Assembly: GCA_964016885.1 (NCBI GenBank) | Contig: OZ024745.1 | Location: forward strand, 48,422,001 to 48,486,000 | Direction of reading: 5' to 3' | DNA from: Eledone cirrhosa | Lineage: Eukaryota | Length of the DNA: 64,000 nucleotides | Shown: positions 1 to 14,744 of the stretch, piece after piece | How positions within the stretch are numbered: the first letter of the stretch is position 1 | Layout of the letters: each line of letters begins with the position of its first letter | The notes under the pieces: generated by a model | Told to the model about the DNA's origin: nothing | The model's database searches: none | The model's input: the letters and a program-made list of their open reading frames with translations, nothing else | Made by a program: the position numbers and the translations under genes

Positions 1-598
1 CCCAGCTTTACCACTACAATACTGAGGACAAAACCCAGTCAAAGCAATGGTTACCTAAAAGGTAGGGTCAAAGCAAGTGTGAACTGTTCAGGAGGAAAGG
101 TTATGGCAGCAGTCTTTTGGGCATTTTTTTAGTTGACTTCTTCAAGGGAAGAAAAATAGTAACATCTGCTTATGAAAAAGTTTTGAGAAATTTAGCAGAA
201 AAGTGTCTTGGAAAACTTCACCAGAGAGTTCTTTGTCACCATAACAATGCCCCTACGCATTCTTCTCATCAAACAAGGGGAACCTGGCAATAATTTTGAT
301 GGACCGTTATTAGATATCCACACTACAATCACAATTTAGCACCTTAAATTTTTTCTTATTACCTAAACTTTTTAAAGGTACACAATTTGATACCATGAAT
401 GATTAATGATGTAAAATTGGCTTGATGACATGGTTAAATTCTCAGTAACCTCAGTTCTATTAGGATGGTATACGTGGCTGGTATCATCACTTACAAAAGT
501 ACCTTGATGTTGATGGTGCTTATGTGGAGAAATAAGCTTTTACATAAAATAGTATCCTTTTCATTCCATTTTTCCATGAACTTTTTGAATGTTTCGTG
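1..598 (+). mobile_element. Decayed mariner (Tc1/mariner) transposon, 3' part of transposase plus right terminal inverted repeat remnant
   Basis: Frameshifted translation gives HHNNAPTHSS (mariner HHDNAPAH motif), YPHYNHNLAP (decayed HPPYSPDLAP) and C-terminal [13 protein letters not shown] (stop about 533-535). This is followed by a TIR-like GAACTTTTTGAATGTTTCGTG. Confidence 0.8.
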
Positions 599-599
599 T

Positions 600-1107
600 G
601 TGTGTGTGTATATATGTATATATATAAATATATGTATGTATATATATAAATATATGTATGTATATATATAAATATATGTATGTATATATATAAATATATG
701 TATATATATATCAATATATGTATATATATATATATAAATGTATGTATATATATATATGTATGTGTATATATAAATATATGTATATATATGTATGTATATA
801 TGTATGTATGTATGTGTATGTATATGTATATATGTATGTATGTATATGTATATATGTATGTATATGTATATATATGTATGTATGTATATATATGTATGTA
901 TGTATATATATGTATGTATGTATATATATGTATGTATGTATATGTATGTATGTAGATATGTATATATATATATATGTATGTATATATATATATGTATGTA
1001 TAAAGAATGAATAATAACGGAGACATCATAAAAAGGTAATTTATACCTATAGGATAATCCTATACCTAATATATATGTATGTATATATATATGTATATAT
1101 ATATATG

Positions 1108-1152
<45 letters not shown>

Positions 1153-1155
1153 GTA

Positions 1156-1189
<34 letters not shown>

Positions 1190-1703
1190 TATATATATAT
1201 ATGTATGTATATGTATATATATATGTATATGTATAGATATGTATATGTATATATATATGTATAGATATGTATATGTATATATATATGTATATGTATAGAT
1301 ATGTATATATATATGTGTATATATATGTATATATATGTATATATGTATATGTATGTATAAATGTATATATGTATGTATATATATGTATATATATGTATAT
1401 GTATATATATGTATATATATATGTATATATATGTATATATATATGTATATATATGTATGTATATATATATATATGTATATATGTATGTATATATATATGT
1501 ATATATATATGTATGTATATATATATGTATGTATATATATATGTATGTATATATATATGTATGTATATATATATATGTATATATATATATGTATGTATAT
1601 ATATATGTATGTATATATATATGTATGTATATGTATGTGTATGTATATATATATGTATGTATATGTATGTATATATATGTATATATATGTATGTATATAT
1701 ATG

Positions 1704-1750
<47 letters not shown>

Positions 1751-1751
1751 G

Positions 1752-1799
<48 letters not shown>

Positions 1800-1952
1800 A
1801 TATATATGTATATATATATATATGTATATATGTATATATGTATATATATATATATGTATATATGTATATATGTATATGTATATATATGTATATGTATATA
1901 TATGTATATGTATATATATGTATATGTATATATATGTATATGTATATATATG

Positions 1953-1985
<33 letters not shown>

Positions 1986-2019
1986 GTGTATATATATATA
2001 TATGTGTATATATATATAT

Positions 2020-2053
<34 letters not shown>

Positions 2054-2058
2054 ATGTG

Positions 2059-2091
<33 letters not shown>

Positions 2092-2567
2092 GTATGTATA
2101 TATATGTATATATATATATGTATGTATATATATGTATATATATATATGTATGTATATATATGTATATATATATATATGTATGTATATATATGTATATATA
2201 TATATATGTATGTATATATATGTATATATATATATTGTATGTATATATATGTATATATATGTATATATATATATGTATGTATATATATGTATATATATAT
2301 ATATGTATGTATATATATGTATATATATATATATGTATGTATATATATGTATATATATGTATATATATATATATGTATGTATATGTATGTATATATATGT
2401 ATATATATATATATGTATGTATATATATGTATATATATATATGTATGTATATATATGTATATATATGTATGTATATATATATATATGTATATGTATATAT
2501 GTGTATATATGTATATATATGTATATATGTATATATATGTATATATATATGTATATATGTATATATA

Positions 2568-2600
<33 letters not shown>

Positions 2601-2987
2601 ATGTATATATTGTATATATATATATATATATGTATATATATGTATATATATGTATATATATATGTATATATATATGTATATATATATATTATATTATGTG
2701 TATATATATATATTATATATATATATGTATATATATGTATATACATATATATGTGTATATATATATGTATATGTATATATATGTATATATTATGTATATA
2801 TATATGTATATATATGTGTATATATATGTATATATATGTATATATATGTATATATATGTATGTATATATATGTATATATATGTATATATATGTATATATA
2901 TATATGTATATATATGTATATGTATATATATGTATATATATATATGTATATATATGTATATGTATATATATGTATATATATATATGT

Positions 2988-3073
<86 letters not shown>

Positions 3074-3115
3074 GTATATATATATGTATATATATATATG
3101 TATTATATATATATG

Positions 3116-3194
<79 letters not shown>

Positions 3195-3671
3195 GTATAT
3201 ATTATATGTATATATATGTATATATATATATGTATATATATATGTATATATATGTATATGTATATATATATATATGTATATATATATGTATATATATGTA
3301 TATGTATATATATATATATGTATATATATGTATATGTATATATATATATATGTATATATATGTATATATATATATATGTATATGTATATATATATGTATA
3401 TATATGTATATGTATATGTATATATATATGTATATATATGTATATGTATATATATATGTATATGTATATATGTATATGTATATATATATATATGTATATG
3501 TATATGTATATATATATATATATGTATATATATGTATATATATATATGTATATGTATATATATATGTATATGTATATATGTATATATATATATATGTATA
3601 TATATGTATATATATATATGTATATATATATGTATATGTATATATATATATGTATATATATGTATATATAA

Positions 3672-3734
<63 letters not shown>

Positions 3735-3757
3735 GTATATATATGTATATATATATG

Positions 3758-3790
<33 letters not shown>

Positions 3791-3791
3791 G

Positions 3792-3840
<49 letters not shown>

Positions 3841-3919
3841 GTATATATATGTATATATGTATATATATGTATATATATATTATATATGTATATATATATA
3901 TATATTCTATATATATATG

Positions 3920-3972
<53 letters not shown>

Positions 3973-4014
3973 GTATATATATATATATATATGTATATAT
4001 ATGATATATATATG

Positions 4015-4081
<67 letters not shown>

Positions 4082-4112
4082 GTATATATATATATGTATA
4101 TATATATATATG

Positions 4113-4191
<79 letters not shown>

Positions 4192-4197
4192 TATATG

Positions 4198-4229
<32 letters not shown>

Positions 4230-4276
4230 TGTATTATATATATATATATGTATATATTTATATTGTATATGTTTAT

Positions 4277-4308
<32 letters not shown>

Positions 4309-4401
4309 GTATATGTATATATATATGTATATATATATATATATGTATATATGTATATGTATATATGTATATGTATATATGTATATATATATATGTATAT
4401 G

Positions 4402-4446
<45 letters not shown>

Positions 4447-4522
4447 ATATGTATATGTATATATGTATATATATATGTATATGTATATATATATATGTAT
4501 ATGTATATATATATATGTATAG

Positions 4523-4553
<31 letters not shown>

Positions 4554-4743
4554 ATATGTATATATATATGTGTATATGTATATATATATGTGTATATGTA
4601 TATATATATGTGTATATATATATATTGTATATGTATATATATATTTGTATATAGTATATATATATGTGTATATTTATATATATATGTATATATGTATATA
4701 TATATGTGTATATATATGTATATATGTATATAATATGTATATG

Positions 4744-4774
<31 letters not shown>

Positions 4775-4787
4775 GTATATATATATG

Positions 4788-4842
<55 letters not shown>

Positions 4843-4881
4843 GTATGTATATATATATATATGTATATATATATATGTATG

Positions 4882-4928
<47 letters not shown>

Positions 4929-5021
4929 GTATAATATATATATATTATATATTATATATGTATATATATATATGTATATATATATATGTATATATATATA
5001 TGTATATATATATATATAGTG

Positions 5022-5086
<65 letters not shown>

Positions 5087-5184
5087 GTATATAATATATT
5101 ATATAGTATATATATATATATGTATATATATATATGTATATATATATATGATATATATATATATATGTAATATGTATATATATG

Positions 5185-5244
<60 letters not shown>

Positions 5245-5302
5245 AATGTATATATATATATAAGTATATATATGTATGTATATATATATGTATATATATA
5301 TG

Positions 5303-5395
<93 letters not shown>

Positions 5396-5472
5396 GTATA
5401 TATATATATGTATATATATATGTATATGTTATAATATATGTATATATATATGTATATGTATATATATATATA
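600..5472. repeat. Long compound (TA)n/(TATATG)n microsatellite tract
   Basis: Directly visible. One short non-repeat island at about 1005-1070. The I/Y/M/C-rich ORFs here are artefacts of the repeat. Confidence 0.97.
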
Positions 5473-6640
5473 TCATCATCATCATCATCATCAACGTTTA
5501 ACGTCCGTGTTCCACGCTTGCATGGGTTTGGACGGGGGTAGTCCCACTTGAGGCAAGAGTGATTGTCTTGCTCGCATAGGACTGTCTGGCAGGTTTTCTA
5601 CAGTTGGATGCCCTTCCTAACACCAACCACATTTACAGTGTGGGTCTGGGAGGTTTTTACCGTGTTGCCTACACGGCCACATTACAGCGTGGACTGTGTG
5701 TTTTTTTTGTCGTGACACCTACACGATCTCATTTGTTTCGGCCTGGGTGGCGCGGCACCAACATAACTTTACATAGAACGGGGTGGTGTGGATGGGGTGG
5801 GGGTGGTGGCGGGACGGGGTGTATTTTGTTAGAGATGCCTACTGCAAGGCGGGTCTTCTCTGTTACTGAGTACCGCCAAAGGTCTCGTCCAGTGACATTG
5901 TCTTGGAGAGGTGTAAGTGTGTGAGGTCGGAGTTTATCAGCTCATCCCATGTTTTTCTAGGTCTGCCTATTCCGTGGCTACCGTCTATCTTTATTGCCCT
6001 GCACTTTGTATACAGCTATCGACTTTCATGCGCATCACGTGTCCATACCAACGCAGCCTTCTCTCGAGTAAACAACATCTGATCCCTCTTATCTCTAATT
6101 TTTTCCTTAGTTCGTTTATGCTTTGCCGTTCACGTATATTACTGTTACACATCCAGCGGAGCATGCAAGCTTCGTTCCTCTCTAGTCTGCGTATATCCTC
6201 TGCACACAATGCCCAGGTCTCACTACCATGCAACATTGCTGTTCGTATGCAGGCATCGTACAACCTGCCTTTCATTTTTAGGGAGAACCCTTTAGCAGCT
6301 AATAGTGGTATAAGCTCTCTGAACTTTTTCCAACCAGTTCTGACTCTAGCTACAGTACTTTCAGAGCACCCTCCCCACTGCTGATTTTATCACCCAGGTA
6401 ACGGAAGCTGTCCACTATTTCTATAGAACCCTCTGCGCAATTGAAAGAGCTAGTATTTTTGGGCACTTGCTGCTTACTTATTGCACCAGAACACCGGCCA
6501 CATGTAAAATCTATGTTCTTAGTTAGCTTATCTGTGATCCCACTACATCTTTTATGTACCCATACTTTACATTTAGGACATAAAATGGAGTTTCTACCTA
6601 CGCCTTTCCTACACACCGAGCACGACCATTTCCCAGAAGT
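5473..6640 (-). mobile_element. RTE-clade LINE family A, 5'-truncated copy with (GAT)n tail
   Basis: Minus-strand translation SGKWSCSVC...FRYLG...LHGSETW...[11 protein letters not shown]. It has the same 3'UTR as the copy at 7251-9546 and a (CAT)n tail at 5473-5492 on the + strand. Confidence 0.93.
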
Positions 6641-6743
6641 ATATATATATATATATATGTATATGTATGTATATGTATGTATATGTATATGTATATATAT
6701 ATATATGTATATGTATGTATATGTATATGTATATGTATATATG

Positions 6744-6814
<71 letters not shown>

Positions 6815-6940
6815 GTATATATGTATATATATATGTATATATGTATATATATATATGTATATATGTATATATATATATATGTATATATGTATATATATAT
6901 ATATGTATATATACATATACATATACATACATATACATAC

Positions 6941-6971
<31 letters not shown>

Positions 6972-6973
<2 letters not shown>

Positions 6974-7250
6974 TCTGGGAAATGGTCGTGCTTGGTGTGT
7001 AGGAAAGGCGTAGGTAGAAACTCCATTTTATGTCCTAAATGCAAAGTATGGGTGCATAAAAGATGTAGTGGGATCACAGGTAAGCTAACTAAGAACATAG
7101 ATTTTACATGTGGCCGGTGTTCTGGTGCAATAAGTAGCAGCAAGTGCCCACAAAATACTAGCTCTTTCAATTGCGCAGAGGGTTCTATAGAAATAGTGGA
7201 CAGCTTCCGTTACCTGGGCGATAAAATCAGCAGTGGGGGAGGGTGCTCTG
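6972..7250 (+). mobile_element. RTE family A internal fragment (PHD-finger segment), inverted mirror of 6361-6640
   Basis: Near-identical to 8237-8517 and to the reverse complement of 6361-6640. It is joined to the downstream copy through a repeated GAGGGTGCTCT. Confidence 0.9.
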
Positions 7251-9544
7251 AGGGTGCTCTTATCACCGACGCTGATAAGAAGGTAGCTTGGAAGTGTCAC
7301 TACGAAAGGCTTCTAAATGAGGAGAACAAATGGGAGAAAGACAGTCTCCCCCAGATCGATCCAATAGAGGGACCAGCAGTGTTAGTTGAAGGTAGTATAA
7401 TAAGTAAGGCAATCAAAGATATGAAGACGGGTAAGGCGTCTGGGCCTTCGGAAATAGTTGCTGAGATGCTGAAGGCATCTGGTTCGGTGGGACACACCAT
7501 GGTCACCCGGATAGTTAACCAAGTTGTACAGAATGGGGTTGTTCCGAAGGAATGGCGTAGCAGCATCATCGTTAACTGCTATAAGGGAAAAGGAGATGCC
7601 CTAGATAGGAGTAACTATAGAGGCATTAAATTAATCGACCAGGTCATGAAGGTCACGGAAAAAGTAATAGCGCAACTAATCAGAGAGAGAATTGATCTAG
7701 ATGAAATGCAGTTCGGGTTTGTGTCAGGCAAAAGTACCACAGACGCTCTTTTCATTGTACGACAACTACAGGAGAAGTACTTAGCTAAAAGTAAACCCCT
7801 ATACTTAGCTTTCGTCGACTTGGAGAAAGCCTTCGACAGAGTCCCCCGTTCCATTATCTGGTGGTCTCTTAGAAAACTAGGTGTTGACGAATGGCTTGTG
7901 AGAGCTATACAAGCCATGTATAAAGAAACAGTCAGTAAGGTTAGAATTAACAACGAATATAGTGAAGAGTTTAGCGTAAAAGTTGGTGTCCATCAGGGCT
8001 CTGTTCTTAGCCCCCTACTATTTATTATTGCCCTTCAGGCTATAACAGAGGAGTTCAAGACCGGCTGCCCATGGGAACTCCTATACGCAGATGATCTAAC
8101 GCTCATAGCTGAATCAATGACCGAACTAGAGAAGAAATTCCAAACGTGGAAGCACGGCCTAGAATCAAAAGGCCTTAAAATTAACCTGGCTAAGACTAAA
8201 GTTCTAGTTTGTAGGAAAGAAAATAAGGCGGCGGTCCCATCGGGGAAATGGCCATGCTCAGTGTGTAGGAAAGGCGTAGGTAGAAACTCCATTTTATGTC
8301 CCAAATGCAAAGTATGGGTGCATAAAAGATGTAGTGGGATCACAGGTAAGCTAACTAAGAACATAGATTTTACATGTGGCCGGTGCTCTGGTGCAATAAG
8401 TAGCAGCAAGTGCCCACAAAATACTAGCTCCTTCAACTGCGCAGAGGGTTCTATAGAAATAGTGGACAGCTTCCGTTATCTGGGTGACAAAATCAGCAGT
8501 GGGGGAGGGTGCTCTGAAAGTACAGTAGCTAGAGTCAGAACTGGATGGAAAAAGTTCAGAGAGCTTATACCACTATTAGCCGCTAGAGGGTTCTCCCTAA
8601 AAATGAAAGGCAGGTTATACGATGCCTGCATACGAACAGCAATGCTGCATGGCAGTGAGACCTGGGCATTGTGTGCAGAGGATATACGCAGACTAGAGAG
8701 GAACGAAGCTTGCATGCTCTGCTGGATGTGCAATAGTAATATACGTGAACGGCAAAGCATAAACGAACTAAGGAAAAAATTAGAAATAAGAGGGATCAGA
8801 TGTTGTTTACTCGAGAGAAGGCTACGTTGGTACGGTCACGTGATGCGCATGAAAGACGACAGCTGTATAACAAAGTGCAGGGCAATAAAGATAGACGGTA
8901 GCCACGGAGTAGGCAGACCCAGAAAAACATGGGACGAGCTGATAAATTCCGACCTCACACGCTTACACCTCTCCAAGACAATGTCACTGGACCGAGACCT
9001 TTCGCGGTACTCAGTAATAGAGAAGACCCGCCTTACCTAAATACAAAGTAAAAACCTACTACAGTCAGTAGGCATCTCTATCAAAACACACCCCCGTCCC
9101 ACCACCTCCACCCCACCCACACCGCCCCTTTCAATGTAAAGTTATGTTGGTCCCACAACATCCAGGCCGAAACAAATGAGATCATGTAGGTGTCACGACA
9201 AAAAACACACAGTCCACGCTGTAAATGTGGCCGTGTAGGCAACACGGTAAAAACCTCCCAGCCCCACACTGTAAATGTGGTTGGTGTTAGGAAGGGCATC
9301 CAGCTGTAGAAAACCCGCCAGACAGTCCACGCTGTAATGTGGCCGTGTAGGCAACACGGTAAAAACCTCCCAGCCCCACACTGTAAATGTGGTTGGTGTT
9401 AGGAAGGGCATCCAACTGTAGAAAACCCGCCAGACAGTCCTATGCGAGCAAGACAACCACTCTTGCCTCAAGTGGGAAAACCCCCGTCCAAACCCATGCA
9501 AGCGTGGAACACGGACGCTAAACCTGATGATGATGATGATGATG

Positions 9545-9546
<2 letters not shown>
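7251..9546 (+). mobile_element. RTE-clade LINE family A, 5'-truncated (no endonuclease), uninterrupted RT frame to 9040, 3'UTR and (GAT)n tail
   Basis: Motifs [42 protein letters not shown] (8084-8095), [25 protein letters not shown] are typical of RTE-clade RT. Ends in TGATGATG. Confidence 0.95.
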
Positions 9547-9580
<34 letters not shown>

Positions 9581-9663
9581 GTATATATGTGTATATATAT
9601 GTATATATGTGTATATATATATATATATGTATATATATATGTATATATATGTATATATATATG

Positions 9664-9718
<55 letters not shown>

Positions 9719-9784
9719 GTATATATGTATATGTATATGTATGTATGTATATATATATATGTATATATATATGTATATATATAT

Positions 9785-10710
9785 TTAAAATTAACCTGGC
9801 TAAGACTAAAGTTCTCGTTTGTAGGAAAGAAAATAAGGCGGCGGTCCCTTCTGGGAAATGGTCGTGCTCGGTGTGTAGGAAAGGCGTAGGTAGAAACTCC
9901 ATTTTATGTCCTAAATGCAAAGTATGGGTGCATAAAAGATGTAGTGGGATCACAGGTAAGCTAACTAAGAACACAGATTTTACATGTGGCCGGTGCTCTG
10001 GTGCAATAAGTAGCAGCAAGTGCCCACAAAATACTAGCTCTTTCAATTGCGCAGAGGGTTCTATAGAAATAGTGGACAGCTTCCGTTACCTGGGTGATAA
10101 AATCAGCAGTGGGGGAGGGTGCTCTGAAAGTACAGTAGCTAGAGTCAGAACTGGTTGGAAAAAGTTCAGAGAGCTTATACCACTATTAGCTGCTAAAGGG
10201 TTCTCCCTAAAAATGAAAGGCAGGTTGTACGATGCCTGCATACGAACAGCAATGTTGCATGCAGTGAGACCTGGGCATTGTGTGCAGAGGATATACGCAG
10301 ACTAGAGAGGAACGAAGCTTGCATGCTCCGCTGGATGTGTAACAGTAATATACGTGAACGGCAAAGCATAAACGAACTAAGGAAAAAATTAGAAATAAGA
10401 GGGATCAGATGTTGTTTACTCGAGAGAAGGCTACGTTGGTATGGACATGTGATGCGCATGAAAGTCGATAGCTGTATAACAAAGTGCAGGGCAATAAAGA
10501 TAGACGGTAGCCACGGAATAGGCAGACCTAGAAAAACCTGGGACGAGCTGATAAACTCCGACCTCACACACTTACACCTCTCCAAGACAATGTCACTGGA
10601 CCGAGACCTTTGGCGGTACTCAGTAACAGAGAAGACCCGCCTTACCTAAATACATAGTAAAACCTACTACAGCCAGTAGGCATCTCTAACAAAATACCCC
10701 CCCGTCCCAC
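9785..10710 (+). mobile_element. RTE family A 3' fragment (frameshift about 10260), broken early in the 3'UTR
   Basis: [10 protein letters not shown]...PHD...EKTRLT* nearly identical to 8177-9100. Confidence 0.92.
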
Positions 10711-11441
<731 letters not shown>

Positions 11442-11464
11442 CATACATATATATATATAAATAC

Positions 11465-11501
<37 letters not shown>

Positions 11502-11557
11502 CATATATTTTAATATCTAATTGATTCTATAGACACGTTTTATGTATATATATATAT

Positions 11558-12453
11558 ATAAGACAAAAGTGTTGATGAGTAGAAAAGAGGACAAAACCCT
11601 GATTCCGTCAGGGAAATGGCCATGTTCGATATGCAGAAAAGGAACTGGCATAAATTCTATAAAATGCACACAATGTAGGTCCTGGGTACACAAGAGATGT
11701 AGCGGGATAGCAGGCAAACTAACAGGTAGGGAGAAATATGTATGCAGTAGATGTACAGGGAAATTAGACAGTAGAAGTCGCACTGATAGACACATTTTTC
11801 AAATGCGAGAGGGCGCTATAGAAGTGGTGGATAGCTTCCGGTACCTAGGAGATCAGATTAGCATGGGAGGAGGGTGTTCCGAGGCCATAGTATCTAGAAT
11901 AAGGACGGGTTGGAAGAAGTTTAGGGAGCTGCTTCCTCTGTTGACGAAGAAGGGTTTCTCCCTGCGTACGAAAGGCCGGTTGTATGATGCCTGTGTGAGG
12001 AGCGCGATGCTGCATGGTAGTGAGACATGGGCAGCTACCGCAGAAGATATGCGACGGCTGGAGAGAAATGAGGCAAGCATGCTCCGTTGGATGTGCAGTG
12101 TAAATGTGCGTGAACGACCCAGCATAAATGTGTTGAGAGAGAAACTGTGTCTGAGAGGATAGAATGTAGTGTACGGGAGAGGAGACTGAGGTGGTATGGA
12201 CATGTGATGCGCATGGAGGATGACCGATGGGTGAAGAAGTGCCAGGAAATGCCAGTTGAAGGAAGACGTGGTAGAGGTAGACCACGAAAAACATGGGCGG
12301 AGGTGGTGAGAACAGACCTCAGATCATTGAAGCTCACGGTGGAGATGACGAGGGACCGTGACGAGTGGAGAGATGCTGTGCTGAATAAGACCCGTCCCAC
12401 CCTTGCAAGCAGGGAAAAGCGGACGTAAAATGATGATGATGATGCTGATGATG
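11558..12453 (+). mobile_element. RTE family C 3' fragment with PHD finger, almost no 3'UTR, (GAT)n tail
   Basis: [51 protein letters not shown], with a frameshift about 12160. Confidence 0.9.
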
Positions 12454-13371
<918 letters not shown>

Positions 13372-14043
13372 GACTTATATCGAGACGGACAAATTGTATT
13401 CACTTTAATTAGTTTATTTCATTAATAGCCGACTGTCTGTTGCAATGCAAACACGTTTTGTGTTTATCATGTATTTTAATGTATATTTAACTGCTCGGAA
13501 ATGACCCTTTCCTGGAGCTTAATTATTGTAAAGGACTGAGAGCTTATTCTCAAAATATTATATAGTATATTGCTCCTTAAATGTTAGAGCTGATTTTTAA
13601 TCCCGCATATATGGCTGTTATTTCTAGCACCGTTAATGCGGGACAGATAGTTTAGTCTGGTTATACACGTGTAGTCGGATTTGCTAAATTTTTTGATGTG
13701 AAATGTACTAATTTCTACTGGATTCCTGTTGATATGCACAGAAGATTTGGATATTTCACTTTTTATTTCAATTCCATTTCGATTCTCTTTATTTTTTAAA
13801 TTCACATACCACCATTGCGAAACGGATTTAGGTTTCGAGGTTCAAATTCGTCTACAGAACAGGTTTGGATTTTGAAATTTAAATCTGTCCAGGAATCATG
13901 GCAGTTGCCAATATAAGATTGTCTTTATTGACTTATATCGAGACAGACAAATTGTATTCACTTTAATTAGTTTATTTCATTAATAGCCGACTGTCTGTTG
14001 CAATGCAAACACGTTTTGTGTTTATCATGTATTTTAATGTATA
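13372..14043. mobile_element. Unclassified TA-flanked element with about 115-bp terminal direct repeats
   Basis: 13372-13486 is repeated at 13930-14043 with about 1 mismatch (period 558 bp). TA tracts lie on both sides. Confidence 0.6.
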
Positions 14044-14744
14044 TATATGTATATATATATGTATATATATATATATGTATATATATATATGTGTATAGGT
14101 ATATATGTATATGTATGTATATGTATATATATATATATAAATATGTATATATATATATAAATATGTATATATATATAAATATATGTATATATATAAATAT
14201 ATGTATATATATATATGTATATATATAAATATATGTATATATATAAATATATGTATGTATATAAATATATGTATATATATATATGTATATAAATATATGT
14301 ATATATATAAATATATGTACGTATATATATAAATATATGTATGTATATATATAAATATATGTATGTATATATATGTATATATATATATGTATATAAATAT
14401 ATGTATATAAATATATGTATGTATATGTATATATATATATATATGTATATAAATATATGTATATATGTATATAAATATATGTATATATGTATATAAATAT
14501 GTGTATGTATATATATATGTATATAAATATATGTATATATATATATATATGTATATGTATATAAATATATGTATATATATATATGTATATGTATATAAAT
14601 ATATGTATATAAATATATGTATATATATATATATGTATATAAATATATATATGTATATAAATATATGTATATATATATATATATATAAATGTATGTATAT
14701 ATATATGTATGTATGTATGTATATATATATATTTATGTATACTC

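Noticed and set aside
491-5541. Very long Ile/Tyr/Met/Cys-rich ORFs (up to 1065 aa), with similar ones at 12-14 kb and 18-19 kb
   Set aside because: These are translations of TA-rich microsatellite, which lacks stop codons by composition.
6677-9040. 787-aa ORF as an intact autonomous LINE protein
   Set aside because: The start codon lies in microsatellite, the N-terminus is a duplicated fragment, and the endonuclease domain is missing.
13584-13805. 73-aa ORF faintly resembling a Penelope GIY-YIG C-terminus (IEIK..INR)
   Set aside because: The similarity is too weak, and no upstream GIY-YIG or RT motifs are present.
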